Source: Haliotis rufescens (lineage: Eukaryota). From it: 64,000 bases of DNA. The position numbers and the translations under genes are program-made. Below the pieces are notes generated by a model. That model did not search any database and had not been told where the DNA came from. It was given only the letters and a program-made list of their open reading frames with translations. The stretch is taken from the NCBI RefSeq assembly GCF_023055435.1, contig NW_025963813.1:34348001-34412000 (forward strand). The letters are read 5' to 3'. Positions 27,035-39,420 of the stretch are shown here, one piece after another (position 1 is the stretch's first letter; every line of letters begins with the position of its first letter).

Positions 27035-27899
27035 CTGGTAACTGCTGTTTCATTAAGGGATCCGAGAGATATGTATGTTCACATCTAGAGGTATTTATAA
27101 GTAAGTCTATCTGTATGTTGGAACGTGTGCTTTAAACTGACAAAATATATTTCGAAGTATTAATAAGAATGTATGTATGTGAGCAGGGTATGAAACTCCC
27201 AAAATTTTCAGCCAGACCACAGGACTGGCTAGCTGAAATACTTGCCAGCCCTGATCAAAACCTGCCTGCCCACTATAATCATATGTTTCTCAGGATAATT
27301 TAATTAAAATTTAAATCGAATTCATTGAACATGAAGTAATGCAAGAAAAGAAATAGCAAACACTTTTTAGGTCAGATTTGTATTTAATATGCTAGAATAC
27401 ATCATGTAAATAATGCTTATCATCGGGAAATATTTAGAATATTTTTACATATGAAATATAACCCGACCGTCGGGCAGGGGGATTTGAAAATCTGGCAGCC
27501 CGAGTTGAAATCAACCCGTCTCGGACGGTCGGGCAGGCAGGTATTTCGAACGCTGATGTGAAACACCCGTAAAGATCCGGGGTAGAATATGTCTTAAGCA
27601 ACCCATGCTTGTGGTAAGAGGCGACTAGGCTTGTCGTAAGAGGCGACTATCGGGATCGGGTGGTCAGGTTCGTTGGCTTGGTTGATGCATGTCATCGTAT
27701 CCCAATTGCGTGGACCGATGTTCATGAGGTCAATCACTGGATTGTGTGGTCCAGACTCGATTATTTACAGACCTCTGTCATATAGCTGGAATATTGCTGA
27801 GTGCGGCGTTAAACAACAAACAAACAAACAAACAAAAACAAAACCCCAGCTCCCAGCCACACCTAGTCCCGCTTCCCTTTAGGAATCTAACCTTGTGAA

Positions 27900-28655
27900 G
27901 TGAAATTGGGGTTAACGTCGCGTCCAAGCTTATTGCACTTATATAGCGACACGTGTGTGTGTGTGTGTGTGTCTGTGTTGTCTTGAACTAGTCTAGCCCA
28001 CTGGGATACCATGCCGCAGTTTAACATGAATACCCCACTCAGACACAGTATACTGACTCCGAGCCGACCAGTCCTTGTTTTAGCCCCTTAATGCCGAGCG
28101 CCAGACGGGTAACCGGAGGCGGTCCTATACAGAGGAAGTCTCTTCTGGTTGACTGAAACAATGCATTGATATTGACTGTACATAAAGACTGTGGACGTGT
28201 TAGTATATAAATTGTATTTGATTTGAAAGAGACAGAGGAAATGTCCTCTCGTAGACTGTAAAGTACAGTGAACATACCTAAGCAGCTGGGGAAGTTGATG
28301 CATATATTTTGAATTGAAAGGTGAGGTGAGGTGAAATTGGGTTTAACGTCGCGTCCAAGATTTTTTTACTTGTATGATTGTGTGTGGCTGCTTGTACTAG
28401 TCCGGACTGATGCCGATTTATTGTACTAGCTCACTGAGATACCATGCCGCAGTTTAACATGAATACCCCACTCAGACACAGTGTACTGACTCCGAGCCGA
28501 CCAGTCCTTGTTTTAGCCCCTTAATGCCGAGCGCCAGACAGGGTAACAACAAGTACAATCTTTTAACTCCTTTTTGTATGACGCGGCCGGGGATCGAACC
28601 CCGGACCTTCCGCTCTCCGGGCGGACGCTCTACCACTAGACTACGGAGGCGGCCC
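27900..28655 (-). mobile_element. Two copies of tRNA-derived SINE family D
   Basis: Reverse complement of GCCGCCTCCGTAGTCTAGTGGTAGAGCGTCCGCCCGGAGAGCGGAAGGTCCGGGGTTCGATCCCCGG... Other copies lie at about 33180-33312(-), 39750-40120(+), 40320-40620(-) and 40806-41080(+). Confidence 0.85.
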
Positions 28656-28744
28656 TTGAATTGAAAGAAACATTGAGTGGCATTTGTACATATACATGCA
28701 AATCCATGTTGTCACTTATTTATTGTGTGCATTAGTGTTGGTAC

Positions 28745-30310
28745 TAGAGGTGTAACGATAGGGGAGGGTCGCGATACGATACAGTGTTTACTCGAACAAG
28801 CTAAGCCAAGTTGATGTCTTTCTGCTATCTAAAAGATGTGACAAGTACAGTTGAAGAAGATATAAGGTGTTTATTTACTGTTATAGCAAATTGTCAGCAA
28901 TACTGTTAAACGTATTTCATGGGCGCACCCCCCCCCCCCTTTTTATTTCGAAAAAAAACTTATTTCTGTATAAATTACCACCAAAGACAATAAATAGATC
29001 TTAATTGTGCACCTCCCCCCCCCCCCCCCCCCTCCCCCTTTTCAAAAAAGCTGTATCCGCCCATGTATTTCATGTATTTTCTTGAGTATAGTGCGCACCA
29101 ATGTATAATGCGCACGCCCCTCTAGCGGGTTCAATATTTTGGAAAAAAAGATATTTGAATATTATGCGCAGAAGAAAATTACACCGTACCCCTTCAGCGA
29201 AGTCCGGCAAACGAACGGGTGATGAGAGAATCTTCGTCAGTACAAATTCTAAATTTGAGATAAAAAAATCACAAGACATGTTGATTTACCGTTTAAATTG
29301 TATTTTTTGTTCAGCTAGGCATAGTTTTATATCCAGAGATTAAGGTTACCTTGTGTATTTTCTCGTAAACTAAGCCGGACACAGCAATCAGCTGTGCATG
29401 TAAACACGTTTTCTTGGAATCTACCGGTGATTCGGTCAAGACACACCCAATGATATAACTTCACAGTATTTTAATGCAAGGATCGGCAAAAGTTGTATCT
29501 GAAACTATTTTTTTTATCAGGAATAATATATTCCAATACATTGTTAATTTAGATGCAGCTTTTACTAAACATATTTAAAATTATAATAATCCCAAGCGAA
29601 GCAGCTGATCGCTATTGCCGGGTGTTATTTTTTTTACATGGAACCAGTCTGACCAGTCACCGTCAAGGTTCCCGTGCACGTGATCGCGAGAATTACGTGT
29701 TGACATAGAATCGTCCAACAAAAACAAATATGACTTTTAACGAATCAAAGTATGGCATTTATGATATATGTATCCATTCTCTGTCAACTAAAATTCCTTT
29801 CAAGGCGTCAATAGCGGTAATCTGACCGTGGTTGTTGCTGTTAATAACGGTGAGTTGTGCGATCTTCCGATCGCTTCACACACGATTTCGCCGAAAAATT
29901 AAAACAATATTAAAAGGAATTTTGAATAAAATTAATGAAATAAGTTACAAACATGAGTCCAGATATACAAAGAACACTTTTTTATAGCCAGACAGTGTAA
30001 TTACATGAATAATTTGCGAACTTCAGTATGGATTTGTTGACATGGTATTTCCGGTGTTACGTGCTCACGGTAATGTCTTTCCATGGGGGAAAAACATCAA
30101 AACTCATTAATTCGTGTATAATGCGCAACCCTTTCTACACAGCTGTGTTTTTTGGAAAAAAGTGCGCACTATACTCAAGAAAATACGGTAGGTAAAACTG
30201 TGTTATGAAAATATCGTATGTATCGCGATACATGCTTTCCAAATCGATGCATCGTATCGTGGGCTGTGCATCGGGATACAATACTGTATTGCCGTATCGT
30301 TACACCACTA
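28745..30310. mobile_element. hAT-type MITE with 8-bp TSD, carrying nested insertions
   Basis: TIRs TAGAGGTGTAACGATA / TATCGTTACACCACTA (one mismatch). Exact TSD GTTGGTAC at 28737-28744 and 30311-30318. Confidence 0.85.
29074..30186. mobile_element. Non-autonomous pogo/Tigger-like (Tc1-mariner) element nested in the hAT MITE
   Basis: Perfect 25-bp TIR GTATTTTCTTGAGTATAGTGCGCAC at 29074-29098 and its reverse complement at 30162-30186. The right end finishes ...AAATACGGTA. Confidence 0.8.
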
Positions 30311-30747
30311 GTTGGTACTAGGATATTAGTATAGTAATGGTATTGTTAGCAGTAAAAGATCCCAAAATCATAAACCTGTCTCGTCATCCCCACAGTGTAA
30401 ATGAAGTCAGTTTAAGGAAAAAGGTTTAAAGTTTACACCTACACTTACGCCCAATCCGGAGGTTATCTATATGCTACAACTTCATGTCCGTTATTCAGTT
30501 ATGGCCTGGTGAGACTCGTAGTACGAGTTGTAAGCGCTAGCCAATTAAAAGTGTGTTCAATCTTACTCCACTTTTTTAATTATAACTAAATTGTGAGTGA
30601 GTGAGTGAGTGAGTGAGTGAGTGAGTGAGTATGGTTTTACGCCGCTTTTAGCAATATTCCAGCAACATCACGGCGGGGGACACCAGAAATGGGCTTCACA
30701 CATTGTACCCATACTAAATTGTGCCTGAGAGTTAGAACTTTACTGTG

Positions 30748-30817
<70 letters not shown>
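30748..30817. repeat. (TA)n microsatellite
   Basis: Direct run. Confidence 0.95.
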
Positions 30818-30819
<2 letters not shown>

Positions 30820-32779
30820 GCAGATATGGATGTGATATATGCGGTATAGCATATGTATTGTTAATGGATCGACAAAGTTCATATCTGATATAGCATAGTA
30901 TATGTATAATATATATGTGATATAGCATACCTATTGTAAACGGATCGGCAGATATATATGTGATATAGCATATGTATTGTCAATGGATCGACAAAGTTCA
31001 TATCTGATATAGCATACCTATTTGTAAAGAATAATGTAGTATAATCACATAACGCAGTGTTACCTGTCTTTACGCTTTGTTGACGCCACAGTTTATATCT
31101 GCTACTCTCTTTGTCTCTTTGGTGAAGATTGTTTTCTTAAAGTGAAATAATGTTGTTTTACTACCTATGTCAGCAATATTCCATCTACATCACCTGGGCC
31201 TGTAAGTGATCGTTTGTGGACAAGGCAAACCAGAGGTGTGATGAATGACCACCACAGTAGATGACACATTATCTAACATATAATGATCCAGGTGACATTG
31301 TGACCACCTGATCCCCATTATTCGGGGATCCTGAGACACACTTGAAATAACCGCACACAGTGACAGAATGAAGACAGAAGCTATTTCGTTGGAATGTAAA
31401 GGAAGCCCTATATCTGTACCGTGGGTTTCACACTATTTCTTTAAGTGAGTGAATGAACGCGTGACGAGCGAACGCTTTAACTACTAGGCTACCCCAAAAC
31501 CCCTATTTCTTTAAGATGTAAAGCAAACACTGTATATATGCCTGGGGTTTCACACTATTTCGTTAGGTGTGTGAGTGAGTATGGTTTTACGCCGCTTTTA
31601 GCAATATTCCAGCAATATCACGGCGGGGGACACCAGAAATGGGATTCACACATTGTACCCATGTCGGGAATCGAACCCGGGTTTTCGGCGTGCCGAGCGA
31701 ACGCTTTAACTACTAGGCTACCCCAGCACCCCAATTTCATTCGGATGTAAAGCAAGCACTGTGTCTGTGCCGTGGGTTTAACACTATTTCGTTAGGTGAG
31801 TGAGTGAATGTAGTTTTACGCCGCTTGTCGCAATATTCCAGCAATATCACGGCGGGGGACACCAGAAATGATTAAAACATTATGATTATAAGGCCTGCGT
31901 TAGAAATCTCATATGTAGGAGTATATACTTGTTAGACACATGCAAACTCAAAGTTATTGTGTGAACATTCAAAAGTCAATGCCTGCAATATGATAATTCT
32001 AAACTATTGTACGCCTGCATCTCTGACCTCTTAAACGAAACACACCGATAGCAGCGCATTCGTTTTGACCTCCACATGTTCATACAAACGTCAAAAAGAT
32101 ATCCTTTTGAAAACGTGCATGACACGGTTGCCTCCCTTGGAGTGGAAGCTTGCAGCAATTGTTAATATCTTCATAAATATTAGAAGTGTTTTGTTTGCAA
32201 GAGTACCTCACAAGTCACTGTGCGTATATCACGCATGACTGTAACGGTAAAATCTCACGAGATAACGTTGTCTCGTCGTGGCCTCAATCGTGTTTAGACA
32301 CTGATATGGTGAACCTTTACCAGATGAATAATATGAAAACTATATTATGCATTTAAAATATATTTTAAAAAACCAAGAAAGGCATAGGCGGGAATGTTAT
32401 AGTTATACGTCTATAGAAGGGAAGATCTAGGTTTTCAGAATGCCTTAGGTTATGGATAGTCGTTGAGTTAAATTCCAAAGATAATTTGGCATAATCGTAT
32501 TGGCTAGGTGATAAAGGGGAGTTAACTCTAGCTGCCCTATCGAATGTTTCACCAGGTCGTATCACAAATTCATATACCGCTATGAAAAACAAACGCATAT
32601 TTGATGTTGATATACACTAGGAAAGACATGGATATAATCATTTGCGAGCAGGTTAATAATGATATTTGTGAAATCATTAAACGCAGCAACGACTATAGCC
32701 CATGTTTCACGTGGATATTCTGCACGAAGCGTTGTGGTTCTCTGTTACCAAGTTATTGTCTGTCAGCATCAGTTCAACT

Positions 32780-32905
32780 GCGAACATCATCGCCGGACTC
32801 CTGGACGAAGTACAATCGAATCCTACTGAAGCTAGAGTATTCAACGTGTCCCGGAGAACCATCGCTGGACTATGGTATCGATACTAACACCATGGTACTG
32901 ACAAT
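32780..32905 (+). mobile_element. Tc1-like transposase N-terminal HTH relic
   Basis: IIAGLLDEVQSNPTEARVFNVSRRTIAGLWYRY*HHG resembles the Tc1 HTH pattern (..G.S..EVAR.FNVS.STI..L..RY..TG). It is short and truncated by a SINE. Confidence 0.45.
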
Positions 32906-33464
32906 GCCGGACCCGTGAAGATTCCGGGGTAGAATAGGTCTTCAGCAACACATGCTTGCCGTAAAAGGTGACTATGCTTGTCGTAAAAGGCGACTAACGG
33001 GATCGGGTGGTCAGGCTCGCTTACTTTGTTGATACATGTCATCGATCCCAATTGCGTGGATCGATGCTCATGGTATTAATCACTGGATTATCTGGTCCAG
33101 ATTCGATTATTTACAGACCGCCGTCATATTGCTTGAATATTGCTGAGTGCGGCGTTAAACAACCAACCAACCAACCAACCTTAATGCCGAGCACCAGGCA
33201 GGGTAACAACAACTATCATCAACTAAGCTCTTGTGGGTTAATGGCCGAGGATTGCACAAGCGACCTTACGCTCTCCGAGCACAGGCGCTCTATCCACTAG
33301 ACCACGGAGGCGAGAGAGGTATTGGAGAGGTATTTGGTGTCTATAATTTGAATTGAATATGAACTTGTTTAAATTGAAATGTCAGTGGAGAGTATTGCAT
33401 TAAATGGTATTATTGAGAAGAGAATCATCCACGATGTTAATAAGTCTGATCAATCTTTCTCAGC

Positions 33465-33743
33465 GGGTGCACGGGTGGCCCAGTCGTCTAAGGCGCCGCG
33501 ATTCGGTGTGCAGAGTTGCGTCCCTTGACTATGCCAGAAACCTATGATTGTGGGTTCGAATCCTGGTTCGCCCCGATTATGTTTCTAGGTTTGTCAGCAC
33601 CATACCCATCGTGGGTTTCATCGAAGTGGTAAACGTCTGAGACCTGCATCACTTCGGTCTTTCCTCCCACATGAAGCTGACACGCCGCGATATAACTGGA
33701 ATACTGTTAAAAGCGGCGTTAAACACAACTCACTCCCTCACTC
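33465..33743 (+). mobile_element. tRNA-derived SINE family C
   Basis: GGGCACGGGTGGCCCAGTCGTCTAAGGCGCC...GTGGGTTCGAATCC head and ...CTGGAATACTGTTAAAAGCGGCGTTAAAC(ACTC)n tail. Other copies lie at 38274-38550, 45981-46317 (inverted pair), 51290-51555(-) and 55621-55895. Confidence 0.85.
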
Positions 33744-34764
33744 AATTTCTCAGCAAGTAAGTTTGAAACAAAGATAAGGCTAAGACAGCTGTGGATTAAA
33801 AGGAGTCAACAGGTTGATATTTCATCTGAAGGAGTACATTTCTCTTCATCATATACATACAGATGAGTTCTCGAAAACAAATGATTTGTATTAAAACTAT
33901 GCATGTGTAGAACATCGGAGTCATGAACTCCAAAATATACGTACTTTAAATAATTATGTTGTTTCTGAAATTGTTAAGCCCTTTTTATCGACTCGATTTG
34001 ATTCAAGATACGTTTATTTTTCTCAAAGGGTACTAACATAAATTGATTGGAAAAAAATATACGTATATTGGTAAATTCTCTATTTCTATTCATTCAAATA
34101 TAAAATAGTTGATTTTCAATGTATCTTTTATTCAATAAACTATTATAACTATAACATATAACCACAGATGAACCGTTTTTTGAGACAATCGTCTTCAAAC
34201 AAATATAAACACCTTTTCTCAAGAAATCTCTTGACACTTGAGCCATATTACTGGAATTATTGTTCGGTCATAACACGATTACTTCTGTCGGTATATTACG
34301 ATTAATTCAGCGTAATTTGGCTGATGATGAGCGCTTGTCAACCCTAGAGCAGGAGTGCGATCGTCTTGATTCCAGGACATAGGATGTCATCGATATACTG
34401 GGATGTCCTTCATTTTCCTGACAATAAGACCCGCCCTACACTTGAAAGTGCTGGTTTCCTCGTTACTGACTCAATGAGGACTCAGTGACCTACTTTGATG
34501 CAGTCAGAAATGACGAATAACGACGCAGGATGGACATTAAGTGCATGTCCTGTTATGCCAGCGTTACAGGAAACACTAAAGCTAGTAATATTCTGTAAAC
34601 TCTGAAACGGATTGCAAGCATATTTAGTGTACTGAACCTACTGAGAATATGCAGAACCTGTTGACAATCTGCGTGTTTGTCTAATGTACGGTACGTATAA
34701 TGACGGGATGTGAAGGACTTGAACTTATTTTTGTTGATTTGTTTGGTGTTTAACGCCGGTAGTT

Positions 34765-36900
34765 CTATACATCATGGTAGTCAAGTAGAGCATGGTAGTC
34801 CCCGTAGTGCATGCTGGTCCTAAAGTGCATGATAGTCCTAAAGTGCTTGATAGTCCTAAAGTGCATGATAGTCCTAAAGTGCATGATAGTCCTAAAGTGC
34901 TTGATAGTCCTAAAGTGCATGATAATCCAAAAGTGCATGATAGTCCTATAGTGCATGGGAGTCCAGTAGAGCATGGTAGTCCTGTAGTACATGGTAGTCC
35001 AGTAGTGCATGATAGTCCAGTAGTGCATGGTTGTCCCTGTACTACATGGTAGTCCAGTAGTGCATGATAGACCTTTAGTGCATGGTAGTCCAGTAGTGCA
35101 TGGTAGTCCAGTAGTGCATGGTAGTCCAGTAGAGCATGGTAGTCCAGTAGTGCATGGTAGTCCTGTACGTGTAGTACATGGCAGTCCAGTAGTGCATGGT
35201 AGTCCAGTAGTGCATAATAGTCCAGTAGTGTATGGTTGTCCCTGTACTACATGGTAGTCCAGTAGTGCATGATAGACCTTTAGTGCATGGTAGTCCAGTA
35301 GAGCATGGTAGTCCAGTAGTGCATGATAGTCCTGTACGTGTAGTACATGGCAGTCCAGTAGTGCATGGTAGTCCAGTAGTGCATGATAGTCCAGTAGTGC
35401 ATGGTTGTCCTTGTACTACATGGTAGTGCTGTAGTGCATGATAGACCTATCGTGCATGGTAGTCCTATCGTGCATGGTAGTCCAGTAGAGCATGGTAATC
35501 CAGTAGTGCATGGTAGTCCAGTAGAGCATGGTTATCCCTGTACTACATGGTAGTCCAGTAGTGCATGATAGACCTATAGTGCATGGTAGTCCAGTAGAGC
35601 ATGGTAGTCCAGTAGTGCATGATAGTCCAGTAGTGCATGGTTGTCCCTGTACTACATGGTAGTCGAGTAGTGCATGATAGACCTATAGTGCATGGTAGTC
35701 CTAAAGTGCATGGTAGTCCAGTAGTGCATGGTTGTCCCTGTACTACATGGTAGTCTCCGTAGTGCATGATAGACCTATAGTGCATGGTAGTCCAGTAGAG
35801 CATGGTAGTCCAGTAGTGCATGATAGTCCAGTAGTGCATGGTTGTCCCTGTACTACATGGTAGTCCAGTAGTGCATGATAGACCTATAGTGCATGGTAGT
35901 CCAGTAGAGCATGGTAGTCCAGTAGAGCATGGTAGTCCAGTAGTGCATGGTAGTCCAGTAGTGCATGGTAGTCCTGTACGTGTAGTACATGGTAGTCCAG
36001 TAGTGCATGGTTGTCCCCGTAGTACATGATAGTCATGTAGAGCATGGTAGTCCCTGTGGTGCATGATGGTCCTAAAGTGCATGGTGGTCCAGTAGAACAT
36101 GTAGTCCCCGTAGTGCATGATGGCCCTAAAGTGCATGGTGGTCCAGTAGAACATGTAGTCCCCGTAGTGCATGATGGCCCTAAAGTGCATGGTAGTCCAG
36201 TAGTGCATAGTAGTCTCCGTAGTGCATGATGGACCTAAAGTGCATGGTAGAACAGTAGAGCATGGTAATCCAGTTAAGCATGGTAATCCTACAGAGCACG
36301 GTAGTCCCCGTAGTGCATGATAGTCCAGTAGTGCATGGTAGTCCAGTAGTGCATGGTAGTCCTGTACGTGTAGTACATGGTAGTCCTGTACGTGTAGTAC
36401 ATGGTAGTCCAGTAGTGCATGGTTGTCCCCGTAGTACATGATAGTCATGTAGAGCATGGTAGTCCCTGTGGTGCATGATGGTCCTAAAGTGCATGGTGGT
36501 CCAGTAGAACATGTAGTCCCCGTAGTGCATGATGGCCCTAAAGTGTATGGTAGTCCAGTAGTGCATAGTAGTCTCCGTAGTGCATGATGGACCTAAAGTG
36601 CATGGTAGAACAGTAGAGCATGGTAATCCAGTTAAGCATGGTATTCCTACAGAGCACGGTAGTCCCCGTAGTGCATGATAGTCCAGTAGAACAGGATAGT
36701 CCTGTATTGCATAATAGCATAATAATTATAATAGCATAATAGTGCACGGTAGTCGAGTAGAACATGGTCGTCATGTAGCATATCGTAGTCCACTAGTGCA
36801 TGATAGTCCCCGTAGTGCATGGTAGTCCCCGAAGTGCATGGTAGTCCTGTAGTGCACAGTAGTCCTTTAGAACATGATAGCCCAGTAGGATATCGTAGTC
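34765..36900. repeat. 18-bp minisatellite
   Basis: Unit GTAGTGCATGGTAGTCCA with variants. It explains all the 6-aa periodic ORFs at 34765-37004. Confidence 0.95.
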
Positions 36901-39096
36901 TTGTAAATCCGTGGGGATTCCGGGTTCAAACAGATCCCAAGAAACCTATGCTTGTCGTAAGAGAAACCTATGCTTGTAGTAAGAGAAACCTATGCTTGTC
37001 GTAAGAGAAACCTCTGCTTGTCATAAGAGGCGACTAATCGAAATGGTTGTCATGCTCGTTAATTTCCCTGAATTCGTATCATCGTTCCACAACGGCACTT
37101 AATGATCTCGAGATACATGTAGCTAGCGTATGTGACATGACCATCACAAAATATCCGCTATCTATTCGTTAAACAAAGCAAACCAAGGCGCGTTCTGTGA
37201 ACTCCTTAAGTTCCATGTCCTTCCTTATTCCGTTGAAATGACTAACACGCCATCGCCATATTTTATTACACAGTACACATACCAAATAAACAAAATAACC
37301 TTATATCAATACTATCGTTTATGTATGTAAGGAGAAACGTTATGTGAATATTGGTACACTTAGCTTCACATTCGCTATTCATTAATAGCATGTTTTTCTT
37401 CTTGAAACTGGAATTAAATAGTATCAGAAATGTTGAGGTCACCGCGAACAGGTGCCTGCAGTGCCCCAAATATAAATCGTCACGATATGGCTGAAATATT
37501 GACGTAAAGCATTAACTCACTCACACTCACACCCAAATATAAACAGCAGTGCAGTAATCCTACAGTATATGTATCAGCTATCGGCCGTCATTTCCGTGAA
37601 TATGCCGGATCATTTGACGGAGTTATGTGCAGGGGTCACATCCAGCTGGGACACGAACGACGCCAGACTTACGGTACGTGTACGCTATTTTCCTATTTGA
37701 AACAATTAGTTAACGCCGTCTGTCTGAGTTTAGCGGCCGTTAAAAACTTGTCCCCAGCAAATCTAAATCGCTGACTGTGTATATCCTAAGTGAATTAAAC
37801 TCATTAAGGATTGATTAATCACTGTATCCTTCTTATACCATTCTTCTGTCCTCATGTACCGATGTACATTACTTTGTACTAACCGTTTCCTTTCTTATGC
37901 TAGCACTTTTCATTAATAGAATGTTTTTCTCCTTGAAACTGGAATTAGATAGTATCAGAAATGTTGAGGTCACCTTGAACAAGTGACTGCAGCGCACCAA
38001 ATATAAACAGCAATTCAGTAATCCTACAGTATGTTCTTTCTAAAAGAGCAAAAACGGCCATTATGAACGATTATTATTTTTTATCATGTGGTATTTTACG
38101 CTGTTTGTGTCGTAGGATCTGTTTGATGTCGTGTATCAGGAGTGTTGGTGCCATTCGATGTTATATTTGACAATGTGCTTGCTTATATTTGACATGTCTC
38201 TGTGATTAAAATGAATAATCATGAATAATCAACCCAATTGTGAGCAAAAAGGTCTTTCTCATCTGTAAGACGGTGGCACGGGTGGCCCAGTCGTCTAAGG
38301 CGCCGCAATTCGATGTGCAGAGTTGCGTCCCTTGGGCACGTCAGAAACCTTTGATTGTGGATCCGAATCCTGAATCGCCCCGCTTATGTTTCTAGGTTAG
38401 TCAGCACCATACCAATGCTCGTGGGTTTCACCGAAGTGGTAAACGTCTGAGACCTGCATCACTTTGGGCTTTTCCTCCCACATTAAGCTGACACGCCGTG
38501 ATATAACTGGTATTCTGTCAAAGGCGGCGTTAAACCCAACTCACTCACTCATCTATAAGGGATCTTAGAGTTTTGACACCGGATGGTGTTGACAAAACAC
38601 CATTGCACAGATGGATCTGGTCACGTGTTCATGAACGTTGGTGGAACGGGCGTTTATTCCTAGAATGTGATGACGATTCTCCTGATGAACAGCAAATTCC
38701 GCTTTAAATAGAAAGAAGGAAGTTTTAGATGTCAATCAATGATCTCCTAAATGAGGACATCTTTTACCCAACCGGGTTTTCTTAGTGTCATTGGGTTAAA
38801 CATTATGTAAGGGATGGGCTGTTCTTAGAATCAAGGTTTACTTTAAAGTTCTTTAACAACACAATGATTAAATGACAGAAAGACCTTGTGTGGCGTGGAT
38901 ATGTGTTACTGATATGTTTATTGTTTAATAATATTTTAACGTACAAACATCGAACGGCTGCCATACTTAACACAATGTATACATTTTCGTATTCTTCACG
39001 GATGGGGTTGTAGTCCAGTGTTCAAAGCTTGAAATTGATACCAGTGCGTTGCCGCCGTGATATAACGTGAATATAAATGAAGCTAAAACCGGCGTA

Positions 39097-39420
39097 TCAC
39101 TCACTCACTCACTCACTCACTTACTCACTGATTATGAATATAATATTGATAACTGCGACTCAACTCACTCACTCACTCATTCACTCACTCACTCAACCCA
39201 CTCACTCACTCACTCACTCAACCCAGTCACTCACTCACTCACTCAGTCACTCACTGAATATGAATATTGATGACTGCGACTCAACCCAGTCACTCACTCA
39301 CTCAGTCACTCACTCACTCACTCACTCAGTCACTCAGTCACTCACTCACTCAGGCACTCACTCACTCAATCACTCCGTCACTCACTCAATATGATTATTG
39401 ATGACTGCGACTCACTCACT
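39097..39420. repeat. (ACTC)n tetranucleotide array
   Basis: Interrupted ACTC run, probably an expanded SINE tail. Confidence 0.9.

Noticed and set aside
34765-37004. Long His/Cys-rich ORFs up to 304 aa
   Set aside because: An 18-bp minisatellite gives open frames on both strands. No splice or domain support.
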